In this document: positions 8,959 to 18,716 of the stretch, piece by piece
Layout: each line of letters begins with the position of its first letter
Numbering within the stretch: the stretch's first letter is position 1
Assembly: GCA_016187125.1 (NCBI GenBank)
Contig: JACPKF010000002.1
Location: forward strand, 1,469-65,468
Length of the DNA: 64,000 bases
DNA from: Candidatus Saccharimonadota bacterium
GTDB taxonomy: Bacteria > Patescibacteriota > Saccharimonadia > Saccharimonadales > UBA10212
Reading direction: 5' to 3'
Position numbers and translations under genes: made by a program
The notes under the pieces: model-generated
The model's database searches: none
Told to the model about the DNA's origin: nothing
What the model saw: the letters and a program-made list of their open reading frames with translations, nothing else

Positions 8959-10009
8959 ATGAAGATTGTGATTGATGCCCGTGAATCTGGCACCAGTACT
9001 GGCCGCTACATAGATAAGCTAGTTGAGTATCTACATAAGCAAAAGCCGGACTTCGACTTTACGGTCCTAACAATGCCAGGGAGAGTTAGTTATTTAAAAT
9101 CGGTGGCACCGGACTTTAAAATTGTGCAGTCTACTTATAAAGAATTTAGTATGGCGGAGCAAACCGGGTTTTTAAAACAGCTAAAGGCCCTTAATGCCGA
9201 TTTGGTACATTTTGGCATGACCCAACAACCGATTTTTTACCAGGGCAAGGTCGTAACCACCATCCACGACTTAACAACCGCCAGATTTACTAATCCGGCC
9301 AAGAACCGGCTGGTCTTTAAAATCAAGCAGATGGTATACAGATGGGTTATAAAGAAAGTTGCGCGTAAATCATATGCGCTTATTACGCCAAGCAATTTTG
9401 TAAAAAGCGATGTCGCACAATATGCAAAAATCGATTTAGACAAAATTGCCGTAATTTACGAGGCCGCCGATAAAATTAATAAGCTTGCTGAGCCGTTACC
9501 TAATTTGGTAGGTAAAAAATTTTTGCTGCATGTTGGCCGGCCTTTGCCGCACAAGAATCTCAATCGCCTAATCGATGCTTTTATTAAACTTAAGGCGACT
9601 CATCCCGATTTACAGCTGGTTTTAGCCGGGAAGTTTGACGATAATTACCAGCTTCTTAAAAACTACGCCGTAAAAAAATCGGCTAAGGACGTTATTTTTA
9701 CTGACTTTGTAAGTGAGGGCCAACTTCGCTGGCTGTATGAACAGGCTACAGCCTATGTTTTTCCATCACTTTCCGAAGGATTTGGCTTGCCAGGGCGATG
9801 CCACATGTTTACCAGAAGTTTATAAAGATGGGGCTCTGTATTTTAACCCGTTAGATGCTGACGATATGGCCACCAAAATCAGCGAAGTCCTGGATAGTCC
9901 GCAGCTATGCCACAGTTTAGTTACGGCTGGTAAAATTCAAGCCGCCAAGTACTCTTGGGACAAAACCGCCTCTCGAACACTCAACGTTTATAAGTCAGTC
10001 TTGAGCTAA
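8959..10009 (+). pseudogene. GT4 glycosyltransferase disrupted by a frameshift or internal deletion
   Basis: ORF 8959..9825 ends just after SLSEGFGLPG. The homologous C-terminus (ATCLPEVYKDGALYFNPLD...YSWDKTA) continues in the +1 frame as ORF 9713..10009. The expected LEAMAxGxPV segment between them is missing. Confidence 0.65.
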
Positions 10010-10356
10010 GCGGCGACCTCTACTGGTATAACTGCGATCGGGATTGGCGCAATCCCTCTAGGGAGTCTAGCATTGTTGCAGGCAACACTACCTGCGGCAA
10101 ATTCAAGGCAGGCTCTTGGCCGATTCGGGTTTTCATGGGCAGAACATTGAAGCCAACCGTCTTTTTTCTGTAAATATCCACAATCCGTAGTTAGCACAAA
10201 AACACCTCGGATCTCAGGCTGGTCCAGAGGTACTGGTACTATTGAGCGAAGTCCACCGCCACCTTCAGATATAAAATCGGCCTCGGCTCGATTTAGTTCA
10301 ACTCTCATGCCTTGACGACAGCAAGCCCCCACACAACCACTACATATTTCACTCAT
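10006..10356 (-). CDS. YkgJ-type cysteine-cluster (zinc/iron-chelating) protein
   Basis: N-terminal CSGCVGACC cluster with additional Cys residues, 116 aa. Confidence 0.55.
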   Translation of the reverse strand: MSEICSGCVGACCRQGMRVELNRAEADFISEGGGGLRSIVPVPLDQPEIRGVFVLTTDCGYLQKKDGWLQCSAHENPNRPRACLEFAAGSVACNNARLPRGIAPIPIAVIPVEVAA

Positions 10357-10370
10357 CTAAATATACTATA

Positions 10371-10880
10371 TCATTTTTGGTTACTTTTATCAATTTCAAC
10401 TGGTTTTAGGACGATGTGGCGTTCCAGGCCCTCTCCCACCGACTCCGTTTGCAGACCATAATCGGTGGCTGCTTGATGGATTATGCGCCGGTCAGCGGCG
10501 TTCATTGGTGATAAATCCTTAGACTTGCCGCTGCCTTGAACCTCTTTAAACCAGTCCTCGGCTTGCTGCAAAAGTCGCTGGGCTCGATGCTTCTTATAAT
10601 CAGCTACATCAACATTAACCCTGGTATGAGAAAAGTTTTGGCTTTTAAGAGCCGAGCTGATGGTGTACTGCAGAGCCCGCATTGTCTCCCCATGGGCGCC
10701 GATTAAAAAGCCGTTGAGGTGTGTTGAGGGCACATTAAGTTCAATTACCTCATGATCCTCGGTGGTGGCGTAAATGTCGGTGTTAAGCCCAAAAAACGAC
10801 AGCAGGTCTTCTAAATACTTTTTGGCATACAAGATCGCCTCTTCGATATCATTATTTGAGTTAGTGATATTGTCGCTCAT
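10371..10880 (-). CDS. jag: RNA-binding protein Jag/KhpB (KH + R3H domains)
   Basis: C-terminal R3H motif (NAADRRIIHQAATDYGL) and its position downstream of yidC. Confidence 0.8.
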   Translation of the reverse strand: MSDNITNSNNDIEEAILYAKKYLEDLLSFFGLNTDIYATTEDHEVIELNVPSTHLNGFLIGAHGETMRALQYTISSALKSQNFSHTRVNVDVADYKKHRAQRLLQQAEDWFKEVQGSGKSKDLSPMNAADRRIIHQAATDYGLQTESVGEGLERHIVLKPVEIDKSNQK

Positions 10881-10910
10881 GGGTAATAAATCCCTAGGCT
10901 TTCTTGCTCA

Positions 10911-10991
10911 GAGGTCTATCCTTGGTGAAAAAGAGGTAAAATTTAGTAATTTTTATAAAAAAATACTTTGCTTTCACCAAGGATAGACCTC
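10911..10991. repeat. 81-nt palindromic element P1 (perfect 20-bp arms, 41-nt AT-rich loop with promoter-like hexamers)
   Basis: The arms gaggtctatccttggtgaaa and tttcaccaaggatagacctc are exact reverse complements. It is homologous to the element at 12805..12886 and lies 30 nt upstream of the jag start. Confidence 0.8.
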
Positions 10992-11006
10992 CAACAACAA
11001 GTTGTG

Positions 11007-11921
11007 TCATCGTCTCTTCCTTTTATGATGACCCCGCTTAGCCGTTTTTTTACGAGGGGAGGCTTTGGAACCTAGTCTATCAGCATCAACAACTGGCGAG
11101 CTTGACATCACCGTTTCAGCTTCGGACACATCCTCTCGCAAAACCTTTGATTGCTGGATCAAGGCTACGAAGCTACTGGTTAACCAATAAAGCGGCAGGG
11201 CTACTGCAAAATTCAGTCCAACGACCAGCACGATAAAAGGTATAAAGATCAAAGTGCCTCGACCGACTGCGGCGCTAACCTCTTGCTGATCAGCTTGCTT
11301 GCCCTGCCCAGCCTCCTTGAGAATTGAGCGCAGACCCCGGCTGTCTTTAGCGGTTGGCATAAGTTGCTTGCTTTGGATGTATTGAACCAGGGCTGAGGCA
11401 GCTACAATAATAACTGCCGGCCAGTAGGTTCCCTTTGGCCCGCTGGCGGTGCGGCTCAAGTCTACCATCCCGAACAAAGTATTATCAAACTGATGAATAT
11501 TATGAGCCAGCGTATCAAGCCAACCAAAGTGCAAAAAAGAGTATGAAAAGTTTATGAGTTGGTTGGGGTCTTTAATGATTTTCTGCAAGCCGAAATATAA
11601 ACCAATTAGAATCGGTGCTTGTACAAGCGCTATACCGATGGTTGCCAGCGGATTGATTTCCCGCTCTTTATACAGTTCCATCGTCAGTTGTGACTCTTTG
11701 CGCCGATCACCTTTAGCCGCTAACTTAATTTTTCTGAGTTCCGGCATTAGTAATCGTATAGCCTTGGTGTGATGGAGCTGTTTTTTAACTAGCGGCCACA
11801 TTAGCAGCCGCACAACTATGGTGAAGATTATGATAGCCAGGCCAAAGTTATGGCCCGGCACTATGTTATAAATCAGCACCAGTAAATTAAAAATCGGTTG
11901 GACTATAAAGGTATCAAACAT
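11007..11921 (-). CDS. yidC: membrane protein insertase YidC
   Basis: Polytopic 304-aa protein (LMWPLVKKQ...MPELRKI...) with a basic C-terminal tail. The rnpA-yidC-jag synteny supports the call. Confidence 0.85.
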   Translation of the reverse strand: MFDTFIVQPIFNLLVLIYNIVPGHNFGLAIIIFTIVVRLLMWPLVKKQLHHTKAIRLLMPELRKIKLAAKGDRRKESQLTMELYKEREINPLATIGIALVQAPILIGLYFGLQKIIKDPNQLINFSYSFLHFGWLDTLAHNIHQFDNTLFGMVDLSRTASGPKGTYWPAVIIVAASALVQYIQSKQLMPTAKDSRGLRSILKEAGQGKQADQQEVSAAVGRGTLIFIPFIVLVVGLNFAVALPLYWLTSSFVALIQQSKVLREDVSEAETVMSSSPVVDADRLGSKASPRKKTAKRGHHKRKRR

Positions 11922-12122
11922 ATCAGCAACTTACCTCTTCCGAACTACTATATCACGCCAGAGGTACTTCCTTCCTTAACCTGGCGTTTTAGCAATTACC
12001 CACGCACCAGAAAGCCTCGAACTTTAGTTCGGGGCTGAATGCCAGTTCTGGCTTTTAAGTGCGGGGTTCCACGCTCCGAAAGCCGTAAGCCTGAAGCCAC
12101 GGACTTTAGTCCGTGGAGCGCT

Positions 12123-12485
12123 TCACTTTTTTATTCGTTTAGCTAGAACGCCGGCAGCAGACAGTTGTTTTTTTAGCTGGCTAGTTAGAGACTCGACAGG
12201 TTCATCAATAACACTGTCGTGAAAAACCGTTAACACGATATCGTAGGCTTTTAATATATCGTTTTCATTGGTACGCACAACCTCGTAAAGTCTCCGGCGT
12301 ATCCGGTTACGAGCCACCGCCGATTTATTGATCTTACGAGCTACTACTACTGCCAGTCGGTAACTATCCCGCTTGGGATTCTCTAAAACTTTTAGAGAAA
12401 ATGAAGGACCCCGCGTGGTTACACCATGCCTGTAAACATGACGCAAGCTGCCATAGTCATGAAACCGATGCTTCCTTGAAATCAT
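12123..12485 (-). CDS. rnpA: ribonuclease P protein component
   Basis: 120-aa basic protein located downstream of rpmH. Confidence 0.8.
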   Translation of the reverse strand: MISRKHRFHDYGSLRHVYRHGVTTRGPSFSLKVLENPKRDSYRLAVVVARKINKSAVARNRIRRRLYEVVRTNENDILKAYDIVLTVFHDSVIDEPVESLTSQLKKQLSAAGVLAKRIKK

Positions 12486-12642
12486 AAAGATATAGTAACT
12501 AGGAAATAGTAACTAGGAAATAGTATTAAAAAACTTCTGGTTCGAGGTCTTTGCATCCGGAAAATAGCCCGAGATGCGGATTCACTCCGCACCCGGTGCG
12601 ATAAGAAACCGCGAAGGGGTTTCTTATAAGGCGTAAGCCGCA

Positions 12643-12780
12643 TTAGTGCGTTAAACGCACTCGGCCTCTGGCTCGGCGTCGCTTCAAAACCTTACGGCCG
12701 GCTCGCGTGGCCATACGGGCAAAGAAACCATGCTCCCGGCTACGTTGACGCTTTTTGGGTTGGTAGGTTCTTTTTGGCAT
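12643..12780 (-). CDS. rpmH: 50S ribosomal protein L34
   Basis: Too short for the ORF track. My translation is [45 protein letters not shown], a classic L34 sequence. Confidence 0.9.
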   Translation of the reverse strand: MPKRTYQPKKRQRSREHGFFARMATRAGRKVLKRRRARGRVRLTH

Positions 12781-12804
12781 GATCATACCTTAACATAGTT
12801 CTCT

Positions 12805-12886
12805 GAGGTCTGTCCTTGTAAAAAAGTTAAGTAAAATCTAGTGATTTTTACTAAAAAATACATTGTTTTTTACAAGGACAGACCTC
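12805..12886. repeat. 82-nt palindromic element P2 (perfect 21-bp arms, 40-nt loop), paralog of P1
   Basis: The arms gaggtctgtccttgtaaaaaa and ttttttacaaggacagacctc are exact reverse complements. It lies 25 nt upstream of the rpmH start, in the rpmH/dnaA divergent spacer. Confidence 0.8.
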
Positions 12887-12935
12887 CCAACCGGTACGTA
12901 GAATTCACAATAGTAAACCACAAATGAGAGGGAGT

Positions 12936-13134
12936 TTTCCACTTTTATCTAACTTTTGTCCACGTTTTTACAGATGAGCGGGCCGGCTGTGTACAACTTT
13001 TCCCTTCTGGGCGTTGGCTGGCTGGGTAGTATAGTAGTTTAGGCATAAGCTGTGGAAAAGCTCGCAATGATCAGCTATATTAAGAACTGCATTGTAAACA
13101 ACCAGGAAGAGTTGAAAGAGGGTTTTAGTCCACA
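12936..13134. other. candidate oriC part 1: DnaA-box cluster upstream of dnaA
   Basis: Boxes close to TTWTNCACA are TTTTCCACT (12936), TTGTACACA (rc of 12988..12996), a perfect TTTTCCACA (rc of 13051..13059) and TAGTCCACA (13126..13134). Confidence 0.55.
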
Positions 13135-14519
13135 TGCAGGAAAATACACTGTGGCAGGCTGTGCTAGGCGAGATTGAGCTTAGTGTTAGTAGAGGCAACT
13201 ATGTAACGTGGTTCAAAAATACCCAACTTATTCGCTATAAAGATGATGTTGCTGTGGTAGGTGTGCCAAACATTTTTGTTAAAAATCAGCTAGAGCGTAA
13301 ATTTAATGACTTAGTAGTTAATATACTTGCCAAAAATGGTATCCAGCCCTCAAGAGTCGAATACAAAATTCACTCCGGCATTGCGCCAACCACCAAACAC
13401 AACGACGAGGGTATTCTGAAAAACCCAGGCGCTATAACAGGTTTATCAGAGGTAAGCACAGGCCCTAAGTTGAGAATAGCTAATGTTACTCACTCTTACC
13501 GCCAAGGTTTAAACGACCGTTATAGTTTCGAGAATTTTGTTGTTGGCGCTGGTAATGAACTGGCCTACGCTGCTTGCCAAGCAATTGCCGGCAGCCCCGG
13601 TACTCGGTACAACCCTCTGTTCATATATGGAGGTGTAGGGATCGGTAAAACTCATTTAATTCAAGCTGTCGGCAGCGCTATTTTGGCAGCCAAACCAAAC
13701 GCTCGCATTATTTACGCTTCAACAGAACAATTTGTCCAAGAATTTGTGGATGCTCTGCGCTTTAAAAAAAATACTACTGATTTTGCTGGATTTTACCGCG
13801 GCGCCGACGTCTTAATTGTTGATGATGTACAGTTTTTGGCAGGCAAAGAAAGAGTTCAGGAAGAATTTTTTCATACTTTCAATGCTCTTTATCAAGCCAA
13901 CAAGCAAATTATTCTAACCAGCGACAAACCACCCAAGGAGATCCCAACCCTAGAGGAACGACTTAGATCGCGCTTTGCCTGGGGTATGTCTATAGATATG
14001 CAAACTCCGGATTTTGAAACCCGTTGCGCCATCCTGCAAAGTAAAGCTGCGATTCAAAACATAAATTTATCCCAGGCCGTAACTGAGCTTTTGGCAACCC
14101 ATATCCACAGTAATATTCGTGAACTAGAGGGAGCTCTAAACCAACTGTTGGCTTACTGCGAAATGAGAGGTGTCGAGCCAGATATTCAGGTTGCAACCGC
14201 CATGTTTGAGAATGTAAAAAACCGGCCAAAACACATTAACGCTCGCCAAATTATTGAAAGAACTGCTAAACATTTTCATGTTTCTATGGAGGATATTTTA
14301 GGACCAAAGCGAGATAAAGATATAGTAGTCCCCCGTCAAATTGCCATGTATATGCTCAGGTGTGAGTTGCATTTGTCTTTTCCCAAAATTGCTCACGAGC
14401 TTGGCCGCAAAGACCACACCACCGCCATTCACTCTATTAATAAGATCGAGAAGGAAACCGGTTTAGACGGCCCCATCAAGCAATATGTCAGTGAGTTGAA
14501 GGAGAAATTATATGTTTAA
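13134..14519 (+). CDS. dnaA: chromosomal replication initiator protein DnaA
   Basis: Walker A GGVGIGKTHL, then VDDVQFL, and a C-terminal DNA-binding helix region (HTTAIHSINKIE). Confidence 0.95.
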   Translation: MQENTLWQAVLGEIELSVSRGNYVTWFKNTQLIRYKDDVAVVGVPNIFVKNQLERKFNDLVVNILAKNGIQPSRVEYKIHSGIAPTTKHNDEGILKNPGAITGLSEVSTGPKLRIANVTHSYRQGLNDRYSFENFVVGAGNELAYAACQAIAGSPGTRYNPLFIYGGVGIGKTHLIQAVGSAILAAKPNARIIYASTEQFVQEFVDALRFKKNTTDFAGFYRGADVLIVDDVQFLAGKERVQEEFFHTFNALYQANKQIILTSDKPPKEIPTLEERLRSRFAWGMSIDMQTPDFETRCAILQSKAAIQNINLSQAVTELLATHIHSNIRELEGALNQLLAYCEMRGVEPDIQVATAMFENVKNRPKHINARQIIERTAKHFHVSMEDILGPKRDKDIVVPRQIAMYMLRCELHLSFPKIAHELGRKDHTTAIHSINKIEKETGLDGPIKQYVSELKEKLYV

Positions 14520-14839
14520 TGGCTGTGTACAAGGATTGTTTATGTTTGGTAAAAAACTAGCACAACTAATAGGTTTATGCACGCTGTACACAGTTTTGGG
14601 GTTGGCTGTTAATAAACTGGGGTTTTTTATACGCCAATTAATAACAGTTTATACATTGTTAGTTGAGTTTTATACACCTAAACAGTTTGGGTTTTTAAGT
14701 TGTTTAGCTAGGGTTTTTGCACACTTTCCACAAAACCTATATCTACAACTAAATAAAAGATTTGTATTAATAGACCCACTTAAAACCCTAGCTATCTTCC
14801 AACCTTCAAACAATCGTAATACAAACGGACTGTAAAGGA
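14520..14839. other. candidate oriC part 2: dense DnaA-box cluster plus AT-rich stretch between dnaA and dnaN
   Basis: Boxes are TTGTACACA (rc of 14524..14532), TTATGCACG (14575), TTATACATT (14649), TTATACACC (14669), TTTTGCACA (14715) and CTTTCCACA (14724). An AT-rich run lies around 14750-14775. Confidence 0.6.
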
Positions 14840-15931
14840 ATGAAGCTACAAACTACCCAAGAAAACCTAGCTAAAGCCCTAAACACGGTTGCTAAAGTTG
14901 CTACCACTCGTAACACACTACCAATTCTGGCTAACGTCCTTCTTAAAACAACCAACAATAGATTAAGTATTAGTGCTACTAATTTGGATATTGCCATAAC
15001 CCACACTATTGGTTCAAAAATCGAAAAAACTGGCTCAATTACTGTCCCAGCCCGCTTAATGCAAGATTTTATCTCAAGCCTTCCAGGAGGGGTGCTGCAA
15101 TTAAAACAAGACGACAATAAACTCCACATAACCACCGAAAAATACAACTCCACCATAAATGGAATAAGCGCTGAGGATTTCCCTGTAATGCCAGCCATTA
15201 AAGGTGGTGTAAATTGGAGAATGCCGGCAAGTGAGCTTAGAAAGGGTCTACAAAAAGTAGTACTAGCTGCTAGTAATGATGATGCCCGTCCTATCCTAAC
15301 GGGTGTCTATTTCCATAACCAACCCAACTCGGTCATGGTGGTCGCCACGGATAGTTACAGACTTGCCGAGTACAAACTATCCAAACAAAAGGCGCCAGTA
15401 AACTTTTTAGTGCCATCCACAGCAGCCAGCGACCTCCTAAGAATTATCAGCGATTCTAACCTAGAAGTGTTGATTACCCACGATGAACAACAGGTGCTTT
15501 TTCAATCCGGTGACATAACCTTAGTGGCTCGCTTGATTGAAGGCAATTATCCCGATTATCGTAAACTCATACCGGCTAAGTTTGCGACTGTGGCCAAGCT
15601 TCGCCGTGAAGATTTCATTAATATTGCTAAAGTATCGGCTTTATTCGCCCGCGAAAGCGCCGGCAGTATAACAATTAAAGTCGACGAAAATGACAAAAAA
15701 GTCAGTATTAACGCTGTAGCTTCCCAACTTGGGGAAAACACTGCCACCGCCGATGCCGAAGTTAGGGGCTCTGGTGAAGTAACGCTAAACTCTCGTTATT
15801 TAGTTGAAGCCCTAAACGCCTTTTTTGGCGAGGAGATCGAGCTTTGTTTCAATGGCAAACTAGAACCCTGTATTTTGCGCAGTAGCGACGACGTAAACTA
15901 TTTACACCTAATTATGCCCCTGCGGAGCTGA
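14840..15931 (+). CDS. dnaN: DNA polymerase III beta sliding clamp
   Basis: 363 aa, typical N-terminus (MKLQTTQENLAKALNTV...TLPILANVLL), dnaA-dnaN-recF synteny. Confidence 0.9.
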   Translation: MKLQTTQENLAKALNTVAKVATTRNTLPILANVLLKTTNNRLSISATNLDIAITHTIGSKIEKTGSITVPARLMQDFISSLPGGVLQLKQDDNKLHITTEKYNSTINGISAEDFPVMPAIKGGVNWRMPASELRKGLQKVVLAASNDDARPILTGVYFHNQPNSVMVVATDSYRLAEYKLSKQKAPVNFLVPSTAASDLLRIISDSNLEVLITHDEQQVLFQSGDITLVARLIEGNYPDYRKLIPAKFATVAKLRREDFINIAKVSALFARESAGSITIKVDENDKKVSINAVASQLGENTATADAEVRGSGEVTLNSRYLVEALNAFFGEEIELCFNGKLEPCILRSSDDVNYLHLIMPLRS

Positions 15932-16015
15932 AAGCTCAGCAGCCCCTAGTTACTAGTCATTAGTCTATGAGATAGTAGTTAAGAAACTAAACTAATCACA
16001 GGAGGATAGAGACTA

Positions 16016-17074
16016 ATGATCGAAAATATTCGCTTGCAAAATTTTCGATCATACCACGATGGTTCTTTTGAGTTTGATAAAGGTGTAAATATCGTGGTGG
16101 GCCCCAATGGCAGCGGCAAAACCAATCTTTTAGAAGCCGTGCTGGTTTTAGCAACCGGCAGTTCATTTAGAGCAAAAGACGCGGAGCTTATTGGGTTTGG
16201 CGGATCTTGGGCTCGACTCGATGGCTGGTTCGGACACAGCCAAAGGACGCTTAAAATTATCTTGCAGGGGACCAGCTTGCAAAAAAGCTTTGTAATTGAT
16301 GAAAAGCCATACCGACGCTTAAGCTTGGAACGTAGCCTGCCGGTCGTTTTGTTTGAGCCAAATGACTTACAGCTTTTAGGCCATGGGCCGCAAAGACGCC
16401 GCGATTATTTTGATGATATCTTGCAGCGCACCCAGGCTGGTTATAAATCACTAAACGTCAAATACTACCGGGCTCTGGTTCAGCGCAATGCTCTCCTTAA
16501 ACAACCAGCCGCCGCGGCAGCTCAGCAGATGTTTGCTTGGAATATTCGCTTAAGCGAACTCGGCGCCCAAATTGCCAAGACTCGCCGTCAACTTATCGGC
16601 GATATTAACAAAACTATTGGCGAGACATATAGTAAAATTGCTCACCAAAAAACGGCCGTGAACCTTGTTTATAAATCGCCTTTTAGTGACGCCAATTATT
16701 CCAGTAAACTGCTCTTAAAACTGGAGGCTTCCGCCACACTAGACCTTCAGCGTGGCTTTACGTCGTACGGTCCGCACCGTGAAGACGTCATTATTTACTT
16801 GAGCGATCAAGTTGCTAGTTCTATGGCTTCGCGCGGTGAAACCAGAAGCCTGCTGCTAGCCCTAAAAATATTCGAGTTGCAGTTGTTGCAAAAAGTTCAT
16901 GAGCAAAAACCGATTTTCCTATTGGATGATGTGTTTTCTGAACTTGACGCCGCCCGTCGCCAACACTTAGTCAAGCACCTCAAAGGTTATCAATCGATCA
17001 TTACTACCACCGACGCCGACGCTGTCTTAGAGTACTTCGCCGGCAAGCATAACCTTATACCGTTACAAAAGTAG
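16016..17074 (+). CDS. recF: DNA replication and repair protein RecF
   Basis: Walker A GPNGSGKTNLLEA, signature region SRGETRSLLLALK and Walker B LLDDVFSELD. Confidence 0.9.
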   Translation: MIENIRLQNFRSYHDGSFEFDKGVNIVVGPNGSGKTNLLEAVLVLATGSSFRAKDAELIGFGGSWARLDGWFGHSQRTLKIILQGTSLQKSFVIDEKPYRRLSLERSLPVVLFEPNDLQLLGHGPQRRRDYFDDILQRTQAGYKSLNVKYYRALVQRNALLKQPAAAAAQQMFAWNIRLSELGAQIAKTRRQLIGDINKTIGETYSKIAHQKTAVNLVYKSPFSDANYSSKLLLKLEASATLDLQRGFTSYGPHREDVIIYLSDQVASSMASRGETRSLLLALKIFELQLLQKVHEQKPIFLLDDVFSELDAARRQHLVKHLKGYQSIITTTDADAVLEYFAGKHNLIPLQK

Positions 17075-17075
17075 C

Positions 17076-18686
17076 CTAGCTATCTTTACCCCAAAAGAAA
17101 TTGAGATTGAGGCGCAAATCTTTCAAAAATACTACATTATCTGAGGGTATATTTTTTGATTTAAGATAAATCTTGGCCTCATCAATTCTCTTTTCGACTT
17201 CCTTGCTTTGTAAGCCTGGATTGGCAAAAAGCGGGTCTTTTATATCACCGGTGGTAGCGACAAAATAGACTTTATCTCCTAAGACGTCGAGTGTGTAATC
17301 GCTGGCTACATAGGGCAGATTACCAAGGACAGCTTGGTTATCCGCCGGCTGGCTAAGGTCTATTTTATAAAGTATTAAATTGAGGTCCAATAACGGGCTG
17401 ACAGCGAAAGTCTGCCCGCCTTGACCGCTATTTGCTCTGGTTGTTACGAATAAAGTATCACCGTTTTTCTCTAACCCTTCGTAGTCTAAAATCGCATTTG
17501 AAAAGACCATACTACTTGACTCGTTTTTAATGTCGAGTCTCTCCACGCCTTTATTGACGTCAAATGTTAAAAGTGTGTTATTGTTTTGCCAAAAGAATTT
17601 AGTGGGCCGCTTAACCACAAAGTCTGTAACTAGTTTTTTGCTAACAATATTGTAGATTCGCAAGCTGCCTTTATTGGTAACTAAACCGATTTTTTCATTA
17701 TCGGGGGAGGCTGTCATATAATTGATGGCTAAATCATTGACTTTAAAATTTATGGCCGGTCCTTCCTGATTTGAAACAGCATTAAAAGGAGTAATCGCCA
17801 AGTTATTAGAAGATTTACCTTTTCTTTTAGCCGGTATTTCTGACGAGGCTTCTTCAACGCTCGATATCGGGCCCTTATATAGGTAAAGGTTTTTGCCCGT
17901 GAAACTGGCTATCGGTCCGTTATCGCCAAAGCTATAGGAGTCACTCTTAACATCTAACTTAACAGGGTTAGCCTCGGTGTCTTTTAAGTAATAAAAATCT
18001 TTACTATCGAAATAAACTAGGCCGCTTTTATCGGCGCTACCTACTAATATAAACAGTTCACCAGCTGATGTATTATTGGACAAGCTGCGGATGTTATTAG
18101 TAACAGGATCGTAAATGGCTGCAACTGGTCCTATGAGGGATGTTTGGGTACCTATATATTTGTTATCGTAAACGACCATTGGGCTAAACGGTGCCGGTAA
18201 TATATGTAGAGAATTTTGTACAAAGGGAATATTGGGTAAATTACGGTGAAGCTCTACGGTAGTCTGCTGGCTTCCTTCATTCATGGTATAAATAACTCCT
18301 TTTGCTTCGGCGTGCAGCAAGCGGGTGTTGTTAGCTATTTTTTGGGCTTTTGCTTGACGGGCTAGACTGGGTTTAAAGCTGGTGGTCTTAAGCCATCCAG
18401 AGGACTCTAAATGGTATCTATAAATATCAGAACCCTTCGTGAAAGTGATAATTAATTTACCACTCCGGACAATCTGGGGGTTTTTCCTAATTAGTGTTTC
18501 TTTAGCACTGGCTTCTTCTCCCTTCTGAATTGTTACTTTGTCCCAGTTGGCTATATCAGGTATTGATAGCCGACCGTGTGTGGCCACAAAGATAGTAATA
18601 AGAACAATCAAAGTTAGTAGACCTACTAAAGCCAAACGCCGCGCTAGCCGGCCGTTTATTATTCTGACAATATCTCCTCTGCTCAT
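17076..18686 (-). CDS. membrane-anchored beta-rich protein, last gene of the T4SS-like operon (function unknown)
   Basis: 536 aa with one N-terminal TM segment (LALVGLLTLIVLITIFVAT). The remainder is repetitive and beta-strand-like, possibly a propeller. Its stop lies 1 nt from the convergent recF stop. Confidence 0.6.
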   Translation of the reverse strand: MSRGDIVRIINGRLARRLALVGLLTLIVLITIFVATHGRLSIPDIANWDKVTIQKGEEASAKETLIRKNPQIVRSGKLIITFTKGSDIYRYHLESSGWLKTTSFKPSLARQAKAQKIANNTRLLHAEAKGVIYTMNEGSQQTTVELHRNLPNIPFVQNSLHILPAPFSPMVVYDNKYIGTQTSLIGPVAAIYDPVTNNIRSLSNNTSAGELFILVGSADKSGLVYFDSKDFYYLKDTEANPVKLDVKSDSYSFGDNGPIASFTGKNLYLYKGPISSVEEASSEIPAKRKGKSSNNLAITPFNAVSNQEGPAINFKVNDLAINYMTASPDNEKIGLVTNKGSLRIYNIVSKKLVTDFVVKRPTKFFWQNNNTLLTFDVNKGVERLDIKNESSSMVFSNAILDYEGLEKNGDTLFVTTRANSGQGGQTFAVSPLLDLNLILYKIDLSQPADNQAVLGNLPYVASDYTLDVLGDKVYFVATTGDIKDPLFANPGLQSKEVEKRIDEAKIYLKSKNIPSDNVVFLKDLRLNLNFFWGKDS

Positions 18687-18716
18687 ATCGTTATTTTAAC
18701 CCCCATCGACCCCCAG

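Noticed and set aside
9713-10009. 98-aa ORF as an independent gene
   Set aside because: It is the out-of-frame C-terminal part of the GT4 glycosyltransferase that starts at 8959, and is treated as one pseudogene.
14512-14835. 107-aa ORF filling the dnaA-dnaN spacer, and the 76-aa ORF at 12968..13198
   Set aside because: The DNA is dominated by DnaA-box-like 9-mers and AT-rich sequence. The translations are Leu/Phe-rich with no SD, so a replication origin fits better.
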